Origin: Aquirufa sp.
Lineage (GTDB): Bacteria > Bacteroidota > Bacteroidia > Cytophagales > Spirosomataceae
Direction: 5' to 3'
Assembly (NCBI GenBank): GCA_046073805.1
Contig: JBJTMZ010000003.1
Span: forward strand, 1-33,118
DNA: 33,118 nucleotides
Shown piece by piece: positions 18,786 through 28,119 of the stretch (position 1 is its first letter; every line of letters begins with the position of its first letter). The notes under the pieces are model-generated. The model was given only the letters and a program-made list of their open reading frames with translations. It was not told the DNA's origin and searched no databases. The position numbers were made by a program, and so were the translations under genes.

Positions 18786-18830
18786 ATGACATCCCCTTAA
18801 TCGATACATAATATGCAATGTGGATCTTCG
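18786..18830 (+). promoter_or_regulatory. Putative promoter of the phosphonate operon with phased repeats
   Basis: ATGAC 18786, TTAAT 18797 and ATAAT 18808 at 11-bp spacing; degenerate -7 GATCTTCG at 18823. Confidence 0.45.
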
Positions 18831-18848
18831 TAGACTATCCCATGTAAG

Positions 18849-19577
18849 ATGCCGATCAAACTTGTTATTTTAGACATGGCTGGAACGACCGTTCTGGACC
18901 AACACGAAGTGGAACATTGCTTCAAGCTAGCCGCTGACAAAAATGGACTTTTAGCGAGTGATGAGCGAATTCTAGCGCTACAAGGCTACGCCAAGCTGCT
19001 CGTATTCCGCATGTTATGGGAAGAACAATTAGGAAAAGGTTCTGAGCAGATTGAGCCCAATGCACAAAAATCCTATCTCGACTTCACCGAAATTTTGGAG
19101 AATCATTACAAAACCAATCCTATCTATCCGACAGAGGGGTGCCTGGAGTTGTTTTCGTACTTACATCAACATGGTATTACCATTGCCCTGACAACAGGTT
19201 TCTATCGCAAGGTTGCCAATATCATTTTAGATAAACTTGGCTGGGGACAGTCATTAAATGGCAACTACATCAATCTCCAAAACAAAGAGGGAATTCATAT
19301 ATCCATTACCCCGGATGAAGTCGGCGGAAAAGGAAGACCCGCTCCCGACATGATTGAATATGCCATGAAAATGGCCGGCATCAAAGATAAATCAGAAGTC
19401 ATCAACATCGGGGATACCCCGGTTGACCTTTTGTTTGGAAAAAATGCGGGTGTCCGTCTTGCCTTGGGGGTATGCAATGGGACACATACCCGTGAACAAC
19501 TTGTATCCTATCCGAATGACGGATTATTAGAAAAGATCTCGGATTTAATCGACATAATAGAAAATGATAAAAAGTAA
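18849..19577 (+). CDS. Phosphonatase-like HAD hydrolase (PhnX-like, TIGR03351-type)
   Basis: DMAGTT, LTTGF, GRPAPDMI and IGDTPVD motifs; cap GYAK Lys lies near the PhnX Schiff-base position; phosphonate gene context. Confidence 0.85.
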   Translation: MPIKLVILDMAGTTVLDQHEVEHCFKLAADKNGLLASDERILALQGYAKLLVFRMLWEEQLGKGSEQIEPNAQKSYLDFTEILENHYKTNPIYPTEGCLELFSYLHQHGITIALTTGFYRKVANIILDKLGWGQSLNGNYINLQNKEGIHISITPDEVGGKGRPAPDMIEYAMKMAGIKDKSEVINIGDTPVDLLFGKNAGVRLALGVCNGTHTREQLVSYPNDGLLEKISDLIDIIENDKK

Positions 19578-20721
19578 AAAATATGATTTGATTATTGTAG
19601 GGGGTGGAATCATCGGTACTTTCTGCGCACTACATGCATTACGCAAGAATAAAACGGTCCTTCTAATTGAGAAAGATGAAGTACCCTTCGAGGCGAGTTT
19701 CCGAAATTTTGGACAGGCGGTTCCCTCTGGCCAATCCCTAAATAAGTGGTTTGATTACGGTCGGAAATCCCTCAAAATTTACAAAGAACTTCAAGAGGAA
19801 ACCGACATCTCATTGGTTAAACAAGGTTCTTGGTACCTCGCGTCCGACGATCAAGAATTAACGATGCTCGAGGAAATGAGCGCCTTATTCAATGAGCGTT
19901 CCTACGAAAATAGACTGTATTCGGCTAAAGATTGCTTATCGAGCAATCCACATTTTCAACAAGATTATGTAAAGGGGGGAATGTATTTACCAGAAGAAGC
20001 CTCATTAAATCCATTAGTGATGGTACATCGAGTTCGTACGTTTATGATACGAAATCTGAACCTACATTTTATGCCAAACACGGCTGTCATTGATGTGGAG
20101 AAGAAGCGCGGAATTGCCAAACTGGTGACGGCGAAAAATGAAACCATTTGGGCAGACCATATCATCCTTGCAAATGGACGAGACACCCAATTTTTAATGC
20201 CCGAACATTACCCGGCAGATGAATTAAAAATAAGCAAGCTTCAAATGATGCGCCTTGCTCCGCAATCCAAAATTTTAAAATCAAATATTCTGACAGGCCT
20301 AACGATTCGTCGGTATGAAAGCTTTCATTCCTGCCCATCCTATTCAAAACTGACCGCTTCCGACCACCAAAAAAAATTGCAAGCAGCGGGCATACACATT
20401 CTATTTAAGCAGGCTGATGATGGATCGATTATTTTGGGGGATTCACATGAATATGCACCTGTACACAAGCAATCTCAATTTGGATTTGAGATTTCGACAG
20501 AGATCAATCAGCTGATGTTAGATGAGGCCAAGAAAATCTTACACCTGTCAGACTGGACAGTAGATTCTTCTTGGGCCGGGTATTATCTACAAAGTAGCGT
20601 TGAAGATGTATTTACGAAAACGGTCGACGGCGTAATTCATATTATCAATGGAATTGGTGGCAAGGGAATGACCACAAGCCCAGGATTCACACAGGAATAC
20701 ATTCAAAAACTATACGAATGA
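19564..20721 (+). CDS. FAD-dependent oxidoreductase, TIGR03364-type (aminophosphonate oxidative deaminase, Pbf-like)
   Basis: GGGIIG, ASFRNFGQ, KLQMM, GLTIRRY, GDSHEY and IGGKGMT motifs. Confidence 0.88.
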   Translation: MIKSKKYDLIIVGGGIIGTFCALHALRKNKTVLLIEKDEVPFEASFRNFGQAVPSGQSLNKWFDYGRKSLKIYKELQEETDISLVKQGSWYLASDDQELTMLEEMSALFNERSYENRLYSAKDCLSSNPHFQQDYVKGGMYLPEEASLNPLVMVHRVRTFMIRNLNLHFMPNTAVIDVEKKRGIAKLVTAKNETIWADHIILANGRDTQFLMPEHYPADELKISKLQMMRLAPQSKILKSNILTGLTIRRYESFHSCPSYSKLTASDHQKKLQAAGIHILFKQADDGSIILGDSHEYAPVHKQSQFGFEISTEINQLMLDEAKKILHLSDWTVDSSWAGYYLQSSVEDVFTKTVDGVIHIINGIGGKGMTTSPGFTQEYIQKLYE

Positions 20722-21770
20722 AAAAGATCGCCATATTGATTTGTTGTTTAGTCAATCAGGTAGTTGCCCAACAAGCCCCTAAAAACATCATTTTCATGGT
20801 TGGGGATGGTATGGGAGTCAGCCAAATCTATGCGGGCTTGACAGCCAATCATGGGACATTAAACCTAGAACAATTCAAGGTCATCGGATTCCATCGTAAT
20901 CAAGCATCCGACAATTATGTCACAGATTCTGCGGCGGGCGCTACTGCCTTCGCAACTGGTAAACAAACCTACAATGGAGCCATTGGTTTGGACTCAACTC
21001 AGAAACCATGTGTAAGCCTATTAGAACTCGCCGAGCGTAAGGGCTTATCGACCGGACTTGTATCCACCTGCGATATCACTGACGCGACTCCCTCCTCCTT
21101 TATTGCTCATCAAAAAAAGCGTTCCATGCACGAAGAAATTGCTGCAGACTTTTTGAAAACAGATGTTGAGGTGGTCATTGGAGGTGGGCGTAAATATTTC
21201 GAAAAACGCCAAGATAAAGCGAATTTATTAGATTCTTTACGCAAAAAAAATTACCACGTTTTAAGTGATATTCCTGCCATGGAATCTGTTCATTCAGGAA
21301 AACTAGTGAATTTATATGCGGAAGAAAATCCCATAAAGATGTCTGAAGGACGAGGTGATGCTTTGCTGAAATCAAGTCAAAAAGCCATCGAATTGTTATC
21401 GAAAAACAAACAAGGTTTTTTTGTTATGATTGAGGGATCTCAAATTGATTGGGGTGGACATGCCAATGATGCTCCCTATGCGATTGCCGAAATGATTGAC
21501 TTCGACAAGAGTATCGGGTGGATATTAGAATTCGCGAAAAAAAATAAGGAAACATTAGTTATCGTAACAGCCGATCACGAAACAGGTGGCATGGCATTAA
21601 TGGGGGGAAATATGAAAACAGGTGAAGTGAATGCGGCCTTCACGACCAAAGGGCATACGGGTCAAATGATTCCTGTTTTTGCCTTTGGGCCTGGTGCGAC
21701 TGAATTTGCAGGTATCTACCACAATTATGATCTCTTTATGAAAATGAAGACTGCCCTTCGCCTACCTTAA
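20718..21770 (+). CDS. phoA: Alkaline phosphatase (PhoA family)
   Basis: Signal peptide; GDGMG, TDSAAGATA (catalytic Ser), EGSQIDWGGH and TADHETGG motifs. Confidence 0.94.
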   Translation: MKKIAILICCLVNQVVAQQAPKNIIFMVGDGMGVSQIYAGLTANHGTLNLEQFKVIGFHRNQASDNYVTDSAAGATAFATGKQTYNGAIGLDSTQKPCVSLLELAERKGLSTGLVSTCDITDATPSSFIAHQKKRSMHEEIAADFLKTDVEVVIGGGRKYFEKRQDKANLLDSLRKKNYHVLSDIPAMESVHSGKLVNLYAEENPIKMSEGRGDALLKSSQKAIELLSKNKQGFFVMIEGSQIDWGGHANDAPYAIAEMIDFDKSIGWILEFAKKNKETLVIVTADHETGGMALMGGNMKTGEVNAAFTTKGHTGQMIPVFAFGPGATEFAGIYHNYDLFMKMKTALRLP

Positions 21771-22207
21771 AAATAAATCGTGAACTTTTCATGCGAATTT
21801 CGAAAACCTATAGCCTCATAAAAAGCATGGGCTTCCAATCTTCGTTTGTTGGAAGTCACCTCCAATGATTTAGCACCTCGCATTTCAACTTCTTCGCGTA
21901 TTTTATCGACCAAAAGACGTCCGTAACCTTTGCCTCGATGCGCGTCCGTTACAATTAACTCCTGGATTTCGTAAACCCAGCCTAAATGATGCAATAATTG
22001 CTGCCCTTTACAAGAAATAAAGGCCACGACACCATCATTCGGATGAATAACCAGATACATGAAGGTATTGGGTTGTTTTAAATACTCCTCATAAATAGAG
22101 GCGAAAATTGTCATTTCGGAATCCCACTTTTCCAATTCGTCTATGAGTGCTTTCACCGAACGTACATCACTTTTTTCTGCCCGACGGATTTGTATCATTT
22201 CTGCCAT
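21767..22207 (-). CDS. phnO: GNAT acetyltransferase, aminoalkylphosphonate N-acetyltransferase-like
   Basis: QQLLHHLGWVYEIQELIV, RGKGYG and RLEAHAFY...SH motifs typical of PhnO; phosphonate context. Confidence 0.75.
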   Translation of the reverse strand: MAEMIQIRRAEKSDVRSVKALIDELEKWDSEMTIFASIYEEYLKQPNTFMYLVIHPNDGVVAFISCKGQQLLHHLGWVYEIQELIVTDAHRGKGYGRLLVDKIREEVEMRGAKSLEVTSNKRRLEAHAFYEAIGFRNSHEKFTIYF

Positions 22208-22309
22208 GTTACGAAATAATTATTCCCATTTAAAATTACGTTTAAATAACAATTTGGCCGATTTTATTGAGCCATATCCGACTTAATTTAAAGAAATTAT
22301 TTGATTCAA

Positions 22310-22858
22310 ATGCCAAATTTAGTCGTAGAAAAAATCATTTCGCTGTTTGAAAAAAATGGGGATTCCGAATATGGTGGTGAAGCCGTTACACAAGGGGAAC
22401 ATGCCCTTCAAGCAGCTCATCTTGCCATGGAGGAAGGTTGCTCAGCGAATGTCGTGGTGGCAAGTCTGCTTCATGATGTAGGACACATGTTACACCAATT
22501 ACCCGATGATGCTCCTGAGCAAGGAATCGATGACCTTCACGAAGAACTTGGATATCGATTTTTAAGCAAATATTTCAAAGAGGCAGTTGCCGAACCCGTG
22601 AAATTACACGTGGCCGCTAAACGCTATTTGTGCACACGCGAACCTGAGTATTTTGGAATGCTTAGTGAACCGTCGATTGTGAGTTTGAATTTACAAGGTG
22701 GTCCCATGAGCGAAGCCGAATGCCAAGCATTTGAACAAAACACCCATTACCGGGATGCTGTCCAACTTCGTCGCTTTGACGATTTGGCCAAAGTTCCCAA
22801 CATGGAGGTTCGTCCACTAGCGGCATACCTAACACTAATCGAGGGCCAGCTTAAATGA
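22310..22858 (+). CDS. phnZ: HD-domain di-iron oxygenase, PhnZ-like (oxidative C-P cleavage)
   Basis: YGGEAVTQGEHALQ, LLHDVGH, HEELG, LHVAAKRYL, SLNLQGG and DDLAK motifs. ATG at 22310. Confidence 0.88.
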   Translation: MPNLVVEKIISLFEKNGDSEYGGEAVTQGEHALQAAHLAMEEGCSANVVVASLLHDVGHMLHQLPDDAPEQGIDDLHEELGYRFLSKYFKEAVAEPVKLHVAAKRYLCTREPEYFGMLSEPSIVSLNLQGGPMSEAECQAFEQNTHYRDAVQLRRFDDLAKVPNMEVRPLAAYLTLIEGQLK

Positions 22859-24108
22859 ATATCGCATTAAATCGGTCCTCCAAATGGGCACTTCATCCGG
22901 CCTGGTCGATGATTGCAGCATTTGGATGTTACTTCTGTGTCTATGGATTTCGTAAACCCTTTACGGCTGGCCAATATGTCGATCAATACTGGTTGGGCAT
23001 CCACTGGAAATCGATATTAATTTCCTCCCAAATTGCAGGTTACATGCTATCCAAATGGTGCGGAATCTTTTTTGTTTCGTCCATTACCTGGGAAAAACGA
23101 GCACGTGCTATAATCCTTAGCATCCTCGTTGCGGAATTCGCCTTATTAGGCTTCGGCTTGATTCCTAGGCCATGGAATTTACTTTTCTTAGTATTAAATG
23201 GATTGCCACTTGGCATGATTTTTGGCTATATTCAGGGGTATTTGGAGGGTAAAAGAAATACAGAATTATACATCGCTGCCTTGGGCTCCAGCTTTATCCT
23301 CGCGGATGGCGTTTCGAAATCCGTGGGTATCAATATCTTAAACTGGGGCATATCCGAAACATGGATGCCTTTTTTCGCCGGATTACTTTATGTCATTCCC
23401 TTGCTATTTTTTGTTTGGATGTTGACGCAAATCCCAAAGCCTAGCCAACAAGAAATTGCCGATCGCTCTGAACGAGAACCTATGTCCCAAAGTGACCGAC
23501 TGCAAGTTGTCAAACAATTATGGCCGGGCATCCTAAGTATAAGTTTATTGTACTTATGTGCATCCTTATTGCGAGGAATTCGTTCCGACTTTGCCCCCGA
23601 AATTTGGAAATATTTAGGATTTATAAGTTTACCTCAAACTTATTCACAGACGGAAATTTGGGTTACGTTAGGGATATTAGGAATCAATGGAAGTCTCGTA
23701 TTAATTAGGAGCAATTTCAACGCTTTTTTTATCAGCATTTTTGCAATAGCCTTGGGTTTTGTCCTCTTGATTTTCGCCGGATTTTGGGGCGTGGATCATC
23801 TGAATCCATTTTGGCTTATTGTTATAACAGGATTTGGAATCTACCTACCTTACCTGACCATAACTACCTCTGTATTTGAACGCATGATTGCCATCACACG
23901 GCATAAAGCGAACATAGGTTTCTTGATGTATATCGTGGATTCCATCGGATATCTAGGCTATAATGTCTTATTATTGATGCTAGGTTTTATTGCTCCCAAT
24001 ATCAATATCTCTGAACTATTCTTCGATTGGATCAAGGCCATGGGAATCATAGGCTTATTGATTTGCTTGGGATCTAGTATCTACTTCTTGAAAAGATTGA
24101 AGCAATAA
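22855..24108 (+). CDS. DUF5690 family MFS-like membrane protein (candidate phosphonate transporter)
   Basis: YGFRKPF, NGLPLGM, LEGKR and FERMIA motifs; many TM helices; translationally coupled to phnZ. Confidence 0.8.
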   Translation: MNIALNRSSKWALHPAWSMIAAFGCYFCVYGFRKPFTAGQYVDQYWLGIHWKSILISSQIAGYMLSKWCGIFFVSSITWEKRARAIILSILVAEFALLGFGLIPRPWNLLFLVLNGLPLGMIFGYIQGYLEGKRNTELYIAALGSSFILADGVSKSVGINILNWGISETWMPFFAGLLYVIPLLFFVWMLTQIPKPSQQEIADRSEREPMSQSDRLQVVKQLWPGILSISLLYLCASLLRGIRSDFAPEIWKYLGFISLPQTYSQTEIWVTLGILGINGSLVLIRSNFNAFFISIFAIALGFVLLIFAGFWGVDHLNPFWLIVITGFGIYLPYLTITTSVFERMIAITRHKANIGFLMYIVDSIGYLGYNVLLLMLGFIAPNINISELFFDWIKAMGIIGLLICLGSSIYFLKRLKQ

Positions 24109-24121
24109 GGGTTATTAATAA

Positions 24122-24149
24122 AGCTGTTGGGAAATTATTCCCAACAGCT
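24122..24149. terminator. Hairpin between convergent genes (probably bidirectional terminator)
   Basis: 12-bp perfect stem AGCTGTTGGGAA/TTCCCAACAGCT. Confidence 0.75.
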
Positions 24150-24160
24150 CAATCTAGGAT

Positions 24161-25225
24161 CTATTTTTTGATCGACTGGAAATTCAAACCCATCAAATCA
24201 GCTACTTGGTGAATTAGCTCCCGCTGATAAACTTGTTCAGATTGATGAACCTCTCCCAATGCCGGAACCTTCGCGCCCAACATGGCATACCAAATTTGAT
24301 GGCAATCCTTTACTTTCTCCCCATGTGAAGTCCATTGCGTTTTGATCACATCCCCACGACCATGGTCGGTCGTAATCAAAATCGTTGTTTTACCTTTGTA
24401 TAAGGGATCCGACTCGACAAAGTTCCAGATATCGGCCAACCAAGCATCAAACTGATGTGCCGCGTTTAAGTAATGTCCATAATGTCCTTCATGGGCAAAC
24501 TCATCAGTCTCGCCATAGGAAATGAACATGGCCTTGGGCTTCTTGTTTTTCAAATAATCCATGGCTTGATAATGCATAAATCCATCCAAAATCTCCGCAT
24601 CTCCAAAAGCCCGGAAAGAGTCTTTGGCCATGTCAGACAATAAAGAACTTGCCTGCGTATTCACATAAGATTTATAGGAATCAAATGCATTGACTACGGG
24701 GAAGCCCGCGCGTTTCTCATTTAGAATACGATCAAAGGCATCCCAAGCACCGAAGGCCGCCACGGAGCCTTTATAGGCAGGTAAACCATTCAAATACTCA
24801 AAGAAATTGGTATTGGGATTAGCCTTATAGTCATTCGAATTAACCGCCGTATCTACTTGACCCGTCAACAACTCGCTGTAACCCGGATAAGAAAACCAAT
24901 AAGGGTTTGCCACATTGACCAAAGAACCGATGGTGCGATTGCCATGAAGCTGGCCTTTTTTCGCAATTGTATTCCAGAAAAAAGGAAGAAGTTTCGCACG
25001 GCGAGTGGCTACATCGGCCGACCAGTATTTCGAGACAATCGCAGCACTATCTCCATGGTGAAAACGCTTCACTTTGACGATGGAGGAGTCCATGCCGCCA
25101 AATACTTCTTGCCAACGGAAGCCGTCGGTCATGATCACAATAACCCGATGATCGTTTGTTTGCTGAGCTTGAACTGTTAAAAAACTCAAGACACACATGA
25201 AACCCAAAAGCAAATTCTTACACAT
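24161..25225 (-). CDS. Exported alkaline-phosphatase-superfamily metalloenzyme (often annotated phosphoglyceromutase-like)
   Basis: Signal peptide; DGFRWQE, SYPGY (putative Ser nucleophile), ETDEFAH and TTDHGRG motifs. Confidence 0.85.
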   Translation of the reverse strand: MCKNLLLGFMCVLSFLTVQAQQTNDHRVIVIMTDGFRWQEVFGGMDSSIVKVKRFHHGDSAAIVSKYWSADVATRRAKLLPFFWNTIAKKGQLHGNRTIGSLVNVANPYWFSYPGYSELLTGQVDTAVNSNDYKANPNTNFFEYLNGLPAYKGSVAAFGAWDAFDRILNEKRAGFPVVNAFDSYKSYVNTQASSLLSDMAKDSFRAFGDAEILDGFMHYQAMDYLKNKKPKAMFISYGETDEFAHEGHYGHYLNAAHQFDAWLADIWNFVESDPLYKGKTTILITTDHGRGDVIKTQWTSHGEKVKDCHQIWYAMLGAKVPALGEVHQSEQVYQRELIHQVADLMGLNFQSIKK

Positions 25226-25247
25226 ATGTTTTATTTTAGTTTAAAGC

Positions 25248-25303
25248 CAAATCTAAAATAAACATTTAATTAGAAGATTACCCCCGAATAAAGAATCGAT
25301 TAA
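25248..25303 (-). promoter_or_regulatory. Promoter: -7 TAGATTTG plus phased repeats
   Basis: -7 box at 25248-25255; half-sites at 25266, 25278, 25289 (weak) and 25300. Confidence 0.55.
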
Positions 25304-25701
25304 TTGTTTTTTGCGCCTTGGTCTACCCAAGCTTTTATCAAGGCAATCTCACAATCCATCAATCTACCCCCTTTAGGCATATAAGCTTTGCCATTCGAGG
25401 AAATCATAATCGAATTATAAAGCTCTCCCGAAGTGCCCGATAAGGCAATTTGCTCATAAGTTTCGATGACTATTCCACCATAATGATTTGTCGCATCGTG
25501 ACAGGTTAAACAATTTTGTTTAATGATGGGGAACACATCTTTTTTGTAACTAATCGTAGAAGGTGGCGTTGCCGTACATCCCGGGACTTGAGAAGTCTCG
25601 TCTTTTTTGATACAAGAAAACATCATGCATACAAGAAATGCCGGCAGGATTCCTGCCGACATTTTCTTAATTACACCAATATAAAGTTTTGAAATGCGCA
25701 T
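25300..25701 (-). CDS. Small lipoprotein with a single c-type heme motif (planctomycete cytochrome c-like)
   Basis: Lipobox MFSC; CLTCH, YMP (Met ligand) and IKAWVDQGA motifs. The true start may be further downstream. Confidence 0.8.
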   Translation of the reverse strand: MRISKLYIGVIKKMSAGILPAFLVCMMFSCIKKDETSQVPGCTATPPSTISYKKDVFPIIKQNCLTCHDATNHYGGIVIETYEQIALSGTSGELYNSIMISSNGKAYMPKGGRLMDCEIALIKAWVDQGAKNN

Positions 25702-26246
25702 TACGGCCTAAGGATATACATCCAGCGATTAGTTTGTGTGTTATATTTTAAAGTTGAATCTGGCCACTCCACGTAATCGCGCATGACCATGTATTCATTG
25801 ATATTTCCCTTTTTTACTAATTCACGGAATAAAAATGCACCACGCTCCATCACAAGCTCTTCGGCCAAATGGGGTGTATTTATCACTTCCTTAAAGTTCT
25901 TTGGCATTAGACTCGCACTGTCTAACGTAAAACTTCCTACCACACCTCTTCGATACTGTTTTAAATTCCCGACTGGGCGTATTAAAAAATAATAATACAA
26001 GCCTGAAGGATCTTTTTCTAAATGAACCAAATGGTAATTGACCAATTTCTTGGCATAAAAATCTCTGAATTCCGGCTTAAAACGGGTTGAATCAGTGGCA
26101 TAGGTTGCATTTTCTGCTACGTATGTAATGATATTGGTTAGCAGTGAATCTTGCTGCGCCTGATTGAAATAATAAGCTGGTGTATTTTTGGGTGGCTGAC
26201 ATGAAATAAGCCACAAACTCAATAGAATGAAGGTATACTTGTACAT
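25701..26246 (-). CDS. Hypothetical lipoprotein
   Basis: Lipobox LISC; 181-aa ORF whose stop overlaps the next start. Confidence 0.75.
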   Translation of the reverse strand: MYKYTFILLSLWLISCQPPKNTPAYYFNQAQQDSLLTNIITYVAENATYATDSTRFKPEFRDFYAKKLVNYHLVHLEKDPSGLYYYFLIRPVGNLKQYRRGVVGSFTLDSASLMPKNFKEVINTPHLAEELVMERGAFLFRELVKKGNINEYMVMRDYVEWPDSTLKYNTQTNRWMYILRP

Positions 26247-26262
26247 GTTTTATATTGGTTAT

Positions 26263-26295
26263 AAAAAAGGGGCCAGTTAAATGCTGGCCCCCTTT
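26263..26295 (-). terminator. Rho-independent terminator after the TBDT-lipoprotein operon
   Basis: Stem GGGGCCAG/CTGGCCCC with a U-run on the minus strand. Confidence 0.82.
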
Positions 26296-26304
26296 GTAAA
26301 ATGA

Positions 26305-28080
26305 TTACTTCACGTAAACAATAGATTGTGGAGCAAACTCAGACCAACCAGCTGTCCAGTCGGTAGATTTAAATGCACCTACATAATCCGTTGCCTCAAA
26401 GAAAGCAGGTAAATCAGACTTCAACTTTGGTCCGATCAACGACTCAGATGTTCCAGCAGTCAACACGAATGTTGGACGACCAGCCGACCATAAAGAAGAT
26501 GATAAACCTAAGTTTGCATTCGAACCTACAATCTTGTTACCTGTCAATGATTTGAACCAATCTTCAGGAGATTTGTCGCCGATTAAGATTGCAGCACCGT
26601 TTGTACCTGAAGCCATGTTCTCAAAACCTGGAACAGCAACACCCATTGGTTTTACGTTCACTGACCAACCTAAACCGAAACCGCCTGGTCCCCATCCTTC
26701 AACACCGGCAAGAACTACGTTTTGCAAATCGATATCTCCGTTCGCAGCATTAACTTTTGCAGCACCTTTTTGGCTATCGATGTAAACACCGTATGGATAT
26801 CCTGTGATAACCGTGTTGTAGATTTTTTGCTTGTTGTTACGACGTAATTGAGCTCCGTTTTGGAATAATGGGTCAATGGCAATGTTTGTAGCACCTTTTG
26901 CCCCAATGATCGACATGTTAGCAAAGATTGCTGAAGTAAATGGTGTGTTTGCAGATCCGTTTGCATCATTATCACACTCAAAACCGTTAGATCCAGATTG
27001 ATCCGCAATCGCTGCACCACGAATACCGATACCGAATTGTACATAACCAGAGAAACCGTTATCTGTATCAAAATCGTCATCCAAACCTTTGTAAGCAATT
27101 AAGTGCTTCGCATTTACAGTTCCACCAAACCACTCAAATGAATCATCTAATCCGAATGATGCTTGAACGTAATCAATCGTAGTACCAGAACCTACTGAAC
27201 CTAGTGTCAATGAGTTAACCTCTTGGTTCGGGTTAATTGGAATACCCGCGTACTCTAAACGAACATATTTCAATGAACCTGAATTATCCGCTGCATCTGT
27301 ACCACCATGGAATGCACCGTAACCACCTTCTAATTGACGGTTAGTTGCATCGTTTGGCAAGTTGTTTGGCGCTTGTCCACAGATAACTAAACCACCCCAG
27401 TCGCCTGCCTCACGCTCACCTGGAGCACGCTCAGACGTAAATACGATTGGCGCAGAAGCTGTACCGTTCGCGATGATTTGAGAACCACGTTGAACGATCA
27501 AAGCACCTTTCGATGCACGGTCACCAATGATTACCGTACCTGGTTGGATCGTCAAAACACCTTTCTTTGTGATCACACCGAAAGCATCTTCTTGACCCAC
27601 ACGCACAAATCCTACTAATTTGTAGATCTTATCTGCGGTCCAAGTGATATTTCCTTCCAAGTTACCTTTAACCTCAACGATTGCTTTTGGAGGAACCGCA
27701 GTTACGTTAACGGAAACACCTGAGATCGTAGAAACTTGGTTTTTCACGTCAGTTGCTTGAATTGAAAAAGTTACTACTGTACCAGCAGCACCTTCCACGA
27801 CATAATCTTTCGAATACTCAGCTGTTTTCTCTCCAGCAGTATACGTTTTTGAATCAAATGCAATACCATTTTTTAATACAGTGATCGACTTCAAACCCGC
27901 CGGCGCGCTAATCGTAGCCTTAACTGTTACCGTTGATCCAGTTACACCAGATAACGTACCTGCAGAAGTCACCGTTGGAACCGGGAATACTTCCTCATCC
28001 TTCTGACAAGAAGAAAATGCCAAAGATACTACTGTCAAAACAGCTAGTAACTTGAATAGTTTGTTTGTTACTTGTTTCAT
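26305..28080 (-). CDS. Surface lipoprotein with Ig-like N-terminal domain and probable beta-helix (TBDT partner)
   Basis: Lipobox FSSC followed by QKDEE; GDWGGLVICG, DNSGSLKYVRLEYAG, DDSFEWFGG and DDDFDTD repeats. Confidence 0.85.
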   Translation of the reverse strand: MKQVTNKLFKLLAVLTVVSLAFSSCQKDEEVFPVPTVTSAGTLSGVTGSTVTVKATISAPAGLKSITVLKNGIAFDSKTYTAGEKTAEYSKDYVVEGAAGTVVTFSIQATDVKNQVSTISGVSVNVTAVPPKAIVEVKGNLEGNITWTADKIYKLVGFVRVGQEDAFGVITKKGVLTIQPGTVIIGDRASKGALIVQRGSQIIANGTASAPIVFTSERAPGEREAGDWGGLVICGQAPNNLPNDATNRQLEGGYGAFHGGTDAADNSGSLKYVRLEYAGIPINPNQEVNSLTLGSVGSGTTIDYVQASFGLDDSFEWFGGTVNAKHLIAYKGLDDDFDTDNGFSGYVQFGIGIRGAAIADQSGSNGFECDNDANGSANTPFTSAIFANMSIIGAKGATNIAIDPLFQNGAQLRRNNKQKIYNTVITGYPYGVYIDSQKGAAKVNAANGDIDLQNVVLAGVEGWGPGGFGLGWSVNVKPMGVAVPGFENMASGTNGAAILIGDKSPEDWFKSLTGNKIVGSNANLGLSSSLWSAGRPTFVLTAGTSESLIGPKLKSDLPAFFEATDYVGAFKSTDWTAGWSEFAPQSIVYVK

Positions 28081-28119
28081 TGTTTATTTAATTGTTTTTT
28101 GTTTGATCTATGTTTGAAA

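Noticed and set aside
22208-22309. Pho-like repeats in the phnO/phnZ divergent spacer
   Set aside because: AT-rich, with no clear -7 box to anchor the phase.
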